Below, one piece after another: positions 9,262 through 17,784 of a DNA stretch of 37,926 bases (its first letter is position 1; the number at the start of each line of letters is the position of its first letter). A program made the translations under genes and the position numbers. Origin of the DNA: Planctomycetaceae bacterium (GTDB lineage: Bacteria > Planctomycetota > Planctomycetia > Pirellulales > UBA1268). Location of the stretch: the NCBI GenBank assembly GCA_046095965.1, contig JBJTJO010000123.1, forward strand, positions 1 to 37,926, given 5' to 3'. The notes beneath the pieces were generated by a model. That model was not told the origin of the DNA. It saw nothing but the letters and a program-made list of their open reading frames with translations, and did no database searches.

Positions 9262-9981
9262 ATGATCGAGCCTCACGGTCAGCGGAAACGGAGCCTCCTC
9301 CGCGTCGCGGTGGCGGTCGCACTGGTCGGTGCGGGGGTCGGCCGGGCCGCCGATCCGCCCGCGATCGGCGGCGGCCTGGTGCCGACGCCGCGGAAGACCC
9401 GCGAGGAGCGCGTGCGCGAGTGGGACCTGAACTCCGACGGCAAGATCGACCAGGGCGAGGCCGAAGTCGCGTCGTCGCGCATGCGGCGGGAGCGCGCGGA
9501 GTTGCGGCTGAACTCCGGCATCGATCCGTTGACGGGCCTGCCGCGAGGCGAGTCGCTGATCTTCACGGATCCCGGCGACGCCGACCTGGCCGTCGAGCCG
9601 GTCGTGCCCGAGGACGAGCCGGCCGATGAGCCCGAACCCGACGAGCGGCCCGCGCTTCCGCGCACCCGCGTCCCCCGGTCCACGCTCCCCGATCCCGGTG
9701 GCGCGGCGGCCAAACCCAAGACCGGTGGTTCCAGGGCCGCCGCGGACCTCAAGCGGCAGCCGATGACGGGCGGCGTGAAGGCCGGCGGCCTGCCGGCCCG
9801 CGCCGGCTACGGGACCGGCGTGCCGGCCGCGCCGCTCAATGCGGGACTGCCCATCCCGCCGAAGTCGCGGGCGGCCGCCGTGCCGCCCGCGGCGGCCCGC
9901 GGTGGCCTCGTGCCGACGCCCCGCGCGGCGGCACCCGCGCCGCGGCCGGCCCGGTCGCGCGACATGTACGACCCCTACTGA
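9262..9981 (+). CDS. secreted Pro/Ala-rich protein with one canonical EF-hand loop
   Basis: Uses the inner ATG at 9262. The signal peptide is RKRSLLRVAVAVALVGAGVGRA. DLNSDGKIDQGE (9424..9459) fits the 12-residue EF-hand loop at positions 1, 3, 5, 9 and 12. The remainder is low complexity. The motif GGLVPTPR occurs near both ends. Confidence 0.6.
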   Translation: MIEPHGQRKRSLLRVAVAVALVGAGVGRAADPPAIGGGLVPTPRKTREERVREWDLNSDGKIDQGEAEVASSRMRRERAELRLNSGIDPLTGLPRGESLIFTDPGDADLAVEPVVPEDEPADEPEPDERPALPRTRVPRSTLPDPGGAAAKPKTGGSRAAADLKRQPMTGGVKAGGLPARAGYGTGVPAAPLNAGLPIPPKSRAAAVPPAAARGGLVPTPRAAAPAPRPARSRDMYDPY

Positions 9982-10016
9982 TCACGCCGCGGCGATCGTC
10001 ACGCCGGGAACGCATC

Positions 10017-12575
10017 ATGCCTTCACCACGCTCACGGGCCATCCGTTTCATTCTCGTGCGGCCGTTCGTCGCGGCCATGCTCGTCTGCGTCGCGCCGGGC
10101 GCGGACGCCGAGGGTCCGGCCCTGCCCGACGCCACGGCCCACGAGAGCGTGCTCGTCTCGGGCGTGGTCGATTCGTTCGCGGCGACCCGCGCCGCGGTGG
10201 CCCGCGCGCGGGAGACCAGCGGCCGCGACTACCGCGTGGTCGTGGTCGATTCGGCCGGCGATGCCGGCGATGCCCGAGGCCTGCTTGACCGCCTCACGGC
10301 CCGCTGGCGGACGCAGGCGGAGGGGGCATTCGACCCCGCGACCGACGCCACGATCGTCCTGGCCGTGAACGAGCGCAAACTGGCGATGGATGTGCCCTGG
10401 GCCCTCGAGGCGGCCGCGGGGCTCGACGTGCCGACGCTCGAGCAGGAACTGATCGCGAACACGTTCGTGCCCCGCGCGCGGGACGGCCTCCTCGACGAGG
10501 GGCTCGCGGCGCTCGTCGATGGCACCGAGCGGTGGGTGCGCGAGCGGGCCGACGAGAAGCTCGCCCGCGCGGAGGCGGACCGCGTGTTCCGTACGCGAAC
10601 ACTGCCGCTGGGCCTCGCCGCGGCGGCCGGAACCGCGGCCCTCGTGTTCCTCGCCGCCCGGCGGGTGCGGCACGCGCGGCGGCTCGCCGCGGCCCGGGCG
10701 AAGCTCGCGGCCTTCAAGGCCGACGTGGTGGCGCTCTCCGACATGCTCGACGCGCAACAGGAGCGGCACCGGATGCTGCCGCACGCCGACCCCGACTTCA
10801 CGACGCCGATGGAGGGGCTCACGCGGTCCGCCTACGACGGCGTCCAGGAGGCGATCGCCCGCTACCGCGAGCGGTGGCTCGGGCTCATGGATGTGTGGGA
10901 GCGCGCCCAGGCGAAGGTCGATTCGGAGTGGTTCCTGGGCACCGCCGCGGCCGACGAGGCGGTCAGACTCCTCGAGTCCGCCGAGGCGCGGCCGCCGCTC
11001 GACGAGGTCGCCGGCGCCTGCCGCGGTCCGCTCGACGCCCTCGAGACGGCCCACGAGGAGGCCCGAGCGCTCCGCGACTCGGTTGCCGCCGACGCGGCGG
11101 CCGTGACGGCTCGCGTCGAGGGGCTGGCCCACCGCGGTCGCTCGGGCGCACCCTACCAGGCGCGGCTCAACGCCACCGCCCGCGGCAGCGCGCGGGCGGT
11201 CGCCGTCCTCGAGCACGACCCGGTGGCGGCCCGCGGCACCCTCGAGGAGGCCGCGGCCACCCTGGCGGCCGCGCGCGAGCACGTCGAGGGGGTCGAGGCC
11301 GGCGACGACCGGCGGCAGCGGGCCCTGGCCCAGGCAGACGGCGTCGCGGCCCAGGTCGCCGCCCGCCGCGCGGAGGGCTGGTTGCTCACCGAGCCGGGCG
11401 CCGACCCCGATGACCGACTCGCCGCCGCGCGTCACGAGTGCGGCCTGGCTGCACAGCTCCTCGACGCCGGCGACGTCCCCGCCGCGACGGCGAGCGTCGA
11501 GCGGGCCGAGCAGGCGAGTGCCGCCGCGGCCGCGCTCCTCGAGAGCATCATCGCGGCCCGCGCGCGGGTGGAGGAGCTCCTGCCCCCCGCGGCCGCGCGG
11601 CTCGATGCCCTCGCGGCCGGCCGCGCCGCCGCCGCGGCCGCGACCGCGCACCTCGAACGGACGTACGCGGAGAGCAGTTGGTCCGACGTCGCCGACAACG
11701 TGGCCCGGATCGACGAGGGCCTCGCACGAACCAAGGCACTCCTGCTCGAGGCCCGGGCGGCGGGCGAGCCGGCGCGACAGCACTACTTTCGCGGCGTGGC
11801 GCTCGTGGAGGAGGCGGGTCGGCAGGAGGACTGGGTGTCCGGGTGCCAGGACGCCCTCGCCGAGCGCCGCGCGCGGCTCGACGAGCTCCGGACCTCCTTG
11901 CCGGTCCACCGCGACGCGGTGGCCGGCCGCGTCGTGGAGCTCGCGCGGCAACTCGACCGGCAGCGGACCGACCGGGCCCGCGCCAACGAACGTTGCCGGG
12001 AGGCTGCGCGGCTGCTCGAGACGGCCGACGCCGGGCTGGCCGCGCCGCAGCCCGAGCTGCTCCAGGCGGAGAAGCTCGTCGCGGCGGCGGACGCGGCGGC
12101 GGCACGCGGGGCCGACCTCGCCGCGGAGGACGACCGGCTCGCCCAGCAGGCGGTCCGGGAGATCGAGGAGAGTGGCGCCGTCGTGCGGCGCGCCGCGGCG
12201 TGGTACGGGGAGGGCGTGCAGGCCGACCTGCGGGCCGCCCGGCAGATGCTCGACACGGCCGAGGCGCAGCTCGGCCGGCAGCGCTACGAGGATGCGATCA
12301 AGACCGCCGGCGAGGCCACGCTCACCGCACAGGCCGCCTACGCGACCGCGACCGCCGAGGCCGAGCGCCGCCGCATCCGCCGGCAGCAGGAGATCCAGCG
12401 GCGGCGGATGGAGGACTCGTTCGCCAGGTCGGCCGGCGGAGCCGGACCGTGGGTGATCACGCTCCCCGGGGGGCGCTACAGCGGCCCGGATCCCTGGCGA
12501 TCGGTGACCCAGTCGGCGCCGCCGCGCTCCGCCGGCACGAGCTGGTCCCGTGACATCGCGCAGGTGGGCTGGTAA
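10017..12575 (+). CDS. TPM-like domain, single TM helix and long alpha-helical (EzrA/spectrin-repeat-like) membrane protein, 852 aa
   Basis: The ATG at 10017 is followed by the signal sequence AIRFILVRPFVAAMLVCVAPGADA. The exported domain (YRVVVVDSAGD, TIVLAVNERKLAMDVPWALEAAAGL, FVPRARDGLLDEGLAALV) resembles the TPM (TLP18.3/Psb32/MOLO-1) pattern. The TM helix LPLGLAAAAGTAALVFLAA is followed by RRVRHARR. About 620 aa of Ala/Arg/Glu-rich helical sequence follow. GC3 bias is strong, and the 1242-aa antisense ORF is a shadow. Confidence 0.7.
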   Translation: MPSPRSRAIRFILVRPFVAAMLVCVAPGADAEGPALPDATAHESVLVSGVVDSFAATRAAVARARETSGRDYRVVVVDSAGDAGDARGLLDRLTARWRTQAEGAFDPATDATIVLAVNERKLAMDVPWALEAAAGLDVPTLEQELIANTFVPRARDGLLDEGLAALVDGTERWVRERADEKLARAEADRVFRTRTLPLGLAAAAGTAALVFLAARRVRHARRLAAARAKLAAFKADVVALSDMLDAQQERHRMLPHADPDFTTPMEGLTRSAYDGVQEAIARYRERWLGLMDVWERAQAKVDSEWFLGTAAADEAVRLLESAEARPPLDEVAGACRGPLDALETAHEEARALRDSVAADAAAVTARVEGLAHRGRSGAPYQARLNATARGSARAVAVLEHDPVAARGTLEEAAATLAAAREHVEGVEAGDDRRQRALAQADGVAAQVAARRAEGWLLTEPGADPDDRLAAARHECGLAAQLLDAGDVPAATASVERAEQASAAAAALLESIIAARARVEELLPPAAARLDALAAGRAAAAAATAHLERTYAESSWSDVADNVARIDEGLARTKALLLEARAAGEPARQHYFRGVALVEEAGRQEDWVSGCQDALAERRARLDELRTSLPVHRDAVAGRVVELARQLDRQRTDRARANERCREAARLLETADAGLAAPQPELLQAEKLVAAADAAAARGADLAAEDDRLAQQAVREIEESGAVVRRAAAWYGEGVQADLRAARQMLDTAEAQLGRQRYEDAIKTAGEATLTAQAAYATATAEAERRRIRRQQEIQRRRMEDSFARSAGGAGPWVITLPGGRYSGPDPWRSVTQSAPPRSAGTSWSRDIAQVGW

Positions 12576-12590
12576 CGGAACCTGGGCGGA

Positions 12591-12624
12591 CTGCGGACGA
12601 CGCCGGACCCTGCGTCGTCCGCAG
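12591..12624 (+). terminator. GC-rich hairpin (13-bp perfect stem, 8-nt loop) 16 nt after the stop of the 852-aa gene
   Basis: ctgcggacgacgc (12591..12603) and gcgtcgtccgcag (12612..12624) are exact reverse complements. No U-tract follows, as is common in high-GC genomes. Confidence 0.4.
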
Positions 12625-12737
12625 AGGCGGCGCGACTCGAACCGGCCGAAGCGGCACGACCTGCAAGGTCCGCGGCCGGCCGCCGATACCTCCTTCACCG
12701 CCGCGATGCCCGCGGCGTTGCCCAGGGGATATCCACG

Positions 12738-13934
12738 ATGCTCGCTCGCCACGCCTTCAGGGCCTTCCTCGCGCTCGTCGTCGCCACCGCGGTCGCGACC
12801 TCCGCCAGCGCGGACACCGACCTGCCGCCCACCGCCGACACGGCCTTCACGGAGGGCGACGGCGAAGATGCCGTGCCGGCACCCGAGCCTGCGGAGCCGG
12901 TGTCGCGGGCCGAGGCCGAGGCGCCGGCGGTCGTGCCCGCGCGGCCGGCGGCGACGGCGAAGCCGGCCGCAGTCCGCCGCGGTGCGGCGGCCGCGGGCGA
13001 GACCGCCAAGAAGACGCCGGCGAAGCCGGTCCTCGTGCCCGGAACGGGGTCGCTCGTGAAGGGCGGGGGCGACGACTTCGAGGATCCCAACTGGCAGTGG
13101 TACTACAACCATCCGAAGAGCTCGGAGGAGATGGACAAGAAGACCCGCGCGCCGATGGGCCGCAGCCGCGACGGCAGCTGGTTCGAGGGCCCGAAGCGCG
13201 GCACGCCCGACGTCGTCAAGCGGATCGAACTGCCGGCGCCCGGGCTCGAGGGGAGCGCGCACGGCATGCTCTTCTCCACCCGCCAGGCCGGCATCCCGAA
13301 CCGGCTCACGGGGCAGATGCAGCAGGACGACCTCGTCTTCAACCTGACGCGGGCCACCGGCGGCCAGGGCATCACCGTGGCGGACAGCCCGAGCGTCGTC
13401 GTCCGCGTCTACCTGCCCCCGTTCGAGCAGTGGGAGAAGCGGACCGGCCCCTCGTTCGGCTTCCGGGCGGGCTGCTACACCCACGCGACCATCACCGCCG
13501 ACGACCATCCCCGGGAGGGCAAGTGGGGCCTCGAGGAGTACTGGCCCGGCATGTTCATCTGCTTCGAGAGCGGCCAGGACGGCCGCCACAAGCAGGACGC
13601 GGCGTACCTGCGGATCCGCGGCGGACGCAATGGCGGCGAGATCATGGGGCCGCGGATCACCGAGCTCGGCTGGTGGACCCTGGGGCTCTCCTTCTCGCCC
13701 GACGGAATGGTGCACTACTTCGCCAGCCCGGGAGTGGACCCGCTGACGATGGACGACCACATCACGTCGCAGTTCCCCTACGGCTACCGCACCGAGTGGT
13801 TCAAGACCTACTTCTTCAACGTCTGTGCCCGGGACGACGGCAAGACCTGGAGCACGCCGTGGGTCGTGGACGACCCGAAGGTCTACTTCGTCAGGCGGTC
13901 CGAGATGGCGACGACGCCGTCGCGGAAGCGGTGA
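12738..13934 (+). CDS. secreted hypothetical protein (398 aa)
   Basis: The ATG at 12738 has AGGGGA 8 nt upstream. The signal peptide is MLARHAFRAFLALVVATAVATSASA. An Ala/Pro-rich linker is followed by a Trp/Tyr/Gly-rich, probably beta-rich domain (DPNWQWYYNHP, YWPGMFICFESG, GWWTLGLSFSPDGMVHYF, WSTPWVVDDPKVYF). I recognise no family. Confidence 0.65.
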   Translation: MLARHAFRAFLALVVATAVATSASADTDLPPTADTAFTEGDGEDAVPAPEPAEPVSRAEAEAPAVVPARPAATAKPAAVRRGAAAAGETAKKTPAKPVLVPGTGSLVKGGGDDFEDPNWQWYYNHPKSSEEMDKKTRAPMGRSRDGSWFEGPKRGTPDVVKRIELPAPGLEGSAHGMLFSTRQAGIPNRLTGQMQQDDLVFNLTRATGGQGITVADSPSVVVRVYLPPFEQWEKRTGPSFGFRAGCYTHATITADDHPREGKWGLEEYWPGMFICFESGQDGRHKQDAAYLRIRGGRNGGEIMGPRITELGWWTLGLSFSPDGMVHYFASPGVDPLTMDDHITSQFPYGYRTEWFKTYFFNVCARDDGKTWSTPWVVDDPKVYFVRRSEMATTPSRKR

Positions 13935-14859
13935 GCCGCCAGATCCCGGCGAGCAGGCTGCCGATCACGGAGTGGGTGACCGCGGAGATCGCGCAGGGCA
14001 CCGCCGCGGGCGCCACCCCGGCGGTCGCGGGGAAGGCGATCGTCTTCGCGAGGACGACCCCGAGCCCCGAGTTCTGCATGCCCACCTCGATCGAGATCGT
14101 GCGGGCGATCCGCCGGTCGTAGCCCAGCGCCCGCGCGACGAGGTGCCCGAGGGCGAAGCCCGCCGCATGGAGCAGGCCGACGGCGAGCAGGAGCCGCGGA
14201 CCGCTCGCCCGCACGGCGGCAGCGTTCTGGGCGATCGCGGACCCGCAGATCAGCGCGATCGTGAGCACGCTGACGAGCGGCGCCGCGGGAGCCACCCCGA
14301 GCACGACCCGGGGCGCGAGGCGATTCAGCGCCACGCCCGCGGCGACCGGCAGCACGACGACCGTCAGCGTGGCGAGCAGCATGTCGATCGCCGACACGTC
14401 CACCCACCGTTCGGCGAGCCACTTCGTGAGCAGGGGCGTGAGGACCACGCCGCCGACGGTGGAGCAGGCGGTCATCACGACCGACAGCGGCACGTCGCCA
14501 CGCGCGATGTAGGTGACGACGTTCGAGGCGGTGCCGCCGGGGCAGCAGCCGACGAGGATCACGCCCGCCGCGAAGGCCGGCTCCAGGTCGAGCAGCGTCG
14601 CCACGCCCCAGCCCGCGGCCGGCATGATCAGGAACTGTGCGACGAAGCCCGCCGCCACCGTCGCGGGGTGCGCGGCGACGCCGCGGAAGTCGGCGGGCGT
14701 GAGCGTGAGCCCCATGCCGAGCATGACAAGGCCGAGGCCGCGGCTGATCCACGGCTCCCGAAACCAGCTGAAGCACGCCGGCTCCACGAGGGCCAGCCCG
14801 CAGGCGGCGAGCACCCAGAGCGGAAACGCGTTCGCCGCCAGATCGAGCGCCCGGCGCAT
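13891..14859 (-). CDS. bile acid:sodium symporter (BASS/SBF) family transporter
   Basis: Uses the inner ATG at 14859 (codon 155 of ORF 13891..15321). It is polytopic, and GVILVGCCPGGTASNVVTYIARGD and IEVGMQNSGLG are BASS signature regions. Its start overlaps the stop of the upstream lipoprotein gene (TGATG). Confidence 0.85.
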   Translation of the reverse strand: MRRALDLAANAFPLWVLAACGLALVEPACFSWFREPWISRGLGLVMLGMGLTLTPADFRGVAAHPATVAAGFVAQFLIMPAAGWGVATLLDLEPAFAAGVILVGCCPGGTASNVVTYIARGDVPLSVVMTACSTVGGVVLTPLLTKWLAERWVDVSAIDMLLATLTVVVLPVAAGVALNRLAPRVVLGVAPAAPLVSVLTIALICGSAIAQNAAAVRASGPRLLLAVGLLHAAGFALGHLVARALGYDRRIARTISIEVGMQNSGLGVVLAKTIAFPATAGVAPAAVPCAISAVTHSVIGSLLAGIWRLTASATASSPSRTA

Positions 14860-16172
14860 CACTCCGCCGCCGGGGCACCCAGCCGCGCGGTGCGCACGAA
14901 CCGGCAGGCCGGCGGCAGGAGGCCCGCCAGCGCGTCGGAGTCGCATGTCATCGACAGCCCGTCGGCGCCGGCGGCCGAGACGGTGCAGGTGCAGGCGGCG
15001 CCCTCGTCGCGGCCGCGGCCCTCGACGCGGACCGTCCACGGGCCGCCCTCGGCCGCGCGGGTCCAGGTGGCCTCGGCGAAGCGGCCGCTCGACGTGAAGA
15101 GCCACGAGCGGATGGTGCCGCGGTCGGCGTCCCAGCCGATGATCTCGGTGAGCTCGCGGGCCGAGGCGTCGCCGGGGGGCAGGAGCCCGGGGGCGGCCGC
15201 GTGGGCCCGCGGCTCGGCGGCGGCGTCGGGCGTCACCGCGTGGGTCCGCACGAGGAACGCCCGGCCGGCGCTCCAGAAGCACTGCGTGCCGGCGGTCACG
15301 CCGGCGCCCGAGTCCTCCCACGTGCCCACGAGCCAGGCGAGATCGTCGAGGGGACGACGGGCCGCCGCGGCGGCTTCCGGCGCAGCCGCCTCGCGGACGC
15401 TCTCGAGGAGCCAGCGCCCCCCCTCGCGCACCACCACGGCGCTGAAGCGGCTCCCGGCGGGCAGGCCGTCGGTGAACGCCACCCGCGTGACGCCGTCCAC
15501 GACCGCCACGTCGTCGCGGATCGGGCGGATCGCGGTGACATCGATGTCGATGGTCGCGGCGTCGTCCTCGGCGAAGAGCGTGGCGAACACGGCGCGGACC
15601 GATTCGCGGCCGGCCGTGACCTCGCCGCTGTCGAGATCGACCGACTCGCCGGCCGGGGTCCAGTGCGCCGCGAGCGCGGCGGCGTCGTGCTGGTTGAACG
15701 CGCGCAGATAGCTCCGCAGCATGTCGCGAATCTCACCGGCGGCGGGACCGGCGGCCGGCCGCGGCGCGGGGGGCACCGCGAGCGGAGCCGGCGCGGCGAC
15801 GAGCGCCGGCGGCGCGGTCGGTGCCGGCGCGGGCAACGCGAGCCCGGCAGGAGGCGCGCCGGCCAGTTTCGGCGGCAGGCGGAACGGCCGGGGTTTGCTC
15901 ACGACCTCGGGCACAGGACGGATCGTGCGGCTGCGGACGTCGCGCGACCCGGGATTGGCGGACGTCGTGACCACGACGAGTTCGGGTTCCGCCGCCGGCA
16001 TGCGACCGCGGACTGCGGTCGGCTCCTGGCCGGTCGAGCAGCCGACGACCAGGGCGAGCGGAGCGAGAACCGCGGCCGCGCTCACGCGGCTCGCACGGCG
16101 ATCATGACGTCCACGGCACACGGGCGAAGCCTCCACGGGATGCGACGAGGGACAAGCGTTGTGACGCACCAA
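14859..16172 (-). CDS. lipoprotein with two NTF2-like (SnoaL/DUF4440-type) domains
   Basis: The lipobox is LALVVGCS. A Pro/Ala-rich linker is followed by IRDMLRSYLRAFNQHDAAALAAHWTPAGESVD (SnoaL/DUF4440 pattern) and a second domain, DDLAWLVGTWED...GRAFLVRT. The start is uncertain: ATG at 16172, or GTG at 16085, which would leave a normal-length signal peptide. Confidence 0.6.
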   Translation of the reverse strand: MVRHNACPSSHPVEASPVCRGRHDRRASRVSAAAVLAPLALVVGCSTGQEPTAVRGRMPAAEPELVVVTTSANPGSRDVRSRTIRPVPEVVSKPRPFRLPPKLAGAPPAGLALPAPAPTAPPALVAAPAPLAVPPAPRPAAGPAAGEIRDMLRSYLRAFNQHDAAALAAHWTPAGESVDLDSGEVTAGRESVRAVFATLFAEDDAATIDIDVTAIRPIRDDVAVVDGVTRVAFTDGLPAGSRFSAVVVREGGRWLLESVREAAAPEAAAAARRPLDDLAWLVGTWEDSGAGVTAGTQCFWSAGRAFLVRTHAVTPDAAAEPRAHAAAPGLLPPGDASARELTEIIGWDADRGTIRSWLFTSSGRFAEATWTRAAEGGPWTVRVEGRGRDEGAACTCTVSAAGADGLSMTCDSDALAGLLPPACRFVRTARLGAPAAE

Positions 16173-16224
16173 CTGTGCAGCAGCGTACCCGCTCCCGCGG
16201 CTTCCGCCCAGCCGGCCCAGGGCC

Positions 16225-17784
16225 TCACTCCTTGCCGGAGGTGATGGCCGGAAAGTCGTCGGTGCGGAACGGCGTCAACGGCAGCCCGGCGCCCGAGTAC
16301 AGGTTGCACACGGGGTTGTCGGCCCAGGCGTAGCGGACCGCGACCGGCTGCGGCACCGCGTCGCTCCAGACCTCGATGCGTCCATCCTGGCGGATCGTCG
16401 CCTTCGCGGGGACGAACGTCCGATCCTCGCCGGCGATCGTGAAGCCGATCGGCTCGTTGACGTCGAACGGCCGCCAGCCGCCGGCCACGTGGTCGAAGGC
16501 GAGGACGACCTTCGCGCCCTCCTTCTCCATGCCCGTGTAACGCGGGCTGCGGCACTCGATGCCGGGCACCTTGTAGGTCTCGGCGAGCGCCCAGCGGGCG
16601 AGCCGCGTCGCGACACCCTGCTTGTTCCTCGGGTGGATGTCCTTTCCTTCGCCGAGGTTGATGATCACGGCCTCGCCCGTGTTGGGCAGGGCCTTCATCG
16701 TCAACGTCTGCGCCTCGCGGAGTTCGGCCCACTCGCTCTCGGCCGGCTCGGCCTTCTCCGCCTTGTAGTCGGCGAGCTGCACCCAGTAGAAGGGAAAGTC
16801 GCCGAGCCCCCACTCCTCGCGCCACGACGCGATCAGGAACGGGAACAGCGTGCGGTACTGCCACGCGCGGCCGGCGTTCGACTCCCCCTGGTACCAGATC
16901 ACGCCGCGGATCCCGTAGCCGATCGACGGGGAGAGCACGCCCGCGTGGATGTTGCCGGGGCGCTGGTTCCCCTTGAGCCCGCCCTCGTCGGGCTTCTTCG
17001 GCTGCTCGGGGGCCGGCTTGCCCTCGGCCTTCGCCTTCTCGACGGCGGCCTTCCACTCCTCGAGCTTCGCCGGGAACCCGGCGATCGCCGCCGCGATGTC
17101 GGCCTCCTGCTTCACCCACCGCTCGTGGAGCGCCTTGAGCGACTCGTGCGCGGCGAGCTTGTCGCGCCGCACCCAGGCCTCGGCGGCGCTGCCGCCCCAG
17201 GCGTTGTCGATGAGCCCCACCGGCACGCCGAGCGTCTGGTGGAGCTGCCGGCCGAAGAAGTAGCCCACCGCGGAGAAGTCGCCGACGGTCTCGGGCGAGC
17301 AGACCTGCCACTTCCCGTTGAAGTTCCACTGCGGCTCCTGCACGCCGACCTGCGGCACCGACACGAGGCGGATCCGCGGGAACTTCGCGGCCGCCTTCTC
17401 GATGTCGGGATCGTTCACCTGGTTCACGCTCCACTGCATGTTCGACTGCCCGGAGCAGACCCAGACCTCGCCCACGAGGACGTCCTGGAACGAGACCTCG
17501 TTCTTCCCCTTCACCGCGAGCACGTGCGGGCCGCCGTACTCGGCCACGGGATCGAGGAACACGTGCCACGCGCCGTCCGGGCCGGCGGTCGTCGCGTGAC
17601 TCTGGCCGGCGAAGGTGACGGTCACGGCCTCGCCCGGCTCGGCCCTGCCCCAGACTTTGTTTTTGATGCCCTGCTGGAGCACCATGTGGTCGCCGAACAT
17701 GTTGTTGAGCGACACGTCGGCACGGGCGGCCACGGCGGCCAGGAGGGCGACGAGGCAGGCGGTGGGCGGACGCAGGCGGCGCAT
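16225..17784 (-). CDS. sialate O-acetylesterase-like (SASA/SGNH) carbohydrate esterase
   Basis: Uses the inner ATG at 17784 (codon 70 of ORF 16225..17991). The signal peptide is MRRLRPPTACLVALLAAVAARA. FGDHMVLQQ, GEVWVCSGQSNMQW, GLIDNAWGGS and GVIWYQGESN are typical of this esterase family. Confidence 0.85.
   Translation of the reverse strand: MRRLRPPTACLVALLAAVAARADVSLNNMFGDHMVLQQGIKNKVWGRAEPGEAVTVTFAGQSHATTAGPDGAWHVFLDPVAEYGGPHVLAVKGKNEVSFQDVLVGEVWVCSGQSNMQWSVNQVNDPDIEKAAAKFPRIRLVSVPQVGVQEPQWNFNGKWQVCSPETVGDFSAVGYFFGRQLHQTLGVPVGLIDNAWGGSAAEAWVRRDKLAAHESLKALHERWVKQEADIAAAIAGFPAKLEEWKAAVEKAKAEGKPAPEQPKKPDEGGLKGNQRPGNIHAGVLSPSIGYGIRGVIWYQGESNAGRAWQYRTLFPFLIASWREEWGLGDFPFYWVQLADYKAEKAEPAESEWAELREAQTLTMKALPNTGEAVIINLGEGKDIHPRNKQGVATRLARWALAETYKVPGIECRSPRYTGMEKEGAKVVLAFDHVAGGWRPFDVNEPIGFTIAGEDRTFVPAKATIRQDGRIEVWSDAVPQPVAVRYAWADNPVCNLYSGAGLPLTPFRTDDFPAITSGKE

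Noticed and set aside
2900-9263. ORFs 2900..3940, 3616..4905, 5584..7218 and 7119..9263 (minus), and 2638..3798, 4014..5144, 4892..5848 and 5919..7115 (plus)
   Set aside because: They are alternative-frame or antisense shadows of the isomerase, glycerate kinase, the hypothetical gene, ribBA and the SBP gene. The compositions are junk-like.
12631-12647. tRNA-like T-arm signature (gcgactcgaaccgg) in the 162-nt gap after the 852-aa gene
   Set aside because: The flanking bases do not form a T-stem or acceptor stem, and no cloverleaf can be drawn. I found no tRNA-like structure anywhere in the window.
10032-13760. 1242-aa ORF on the minus strand spanning three plus-strand genes
   Set aside because: It is an antisense shadow ORF typical of ~70 percent GC DNA. 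The product is Arg/Gly/Pro/Val-rich with no motifs. The plus-strand frames have strong GC3 bias, signal peptides and recognisable domains.
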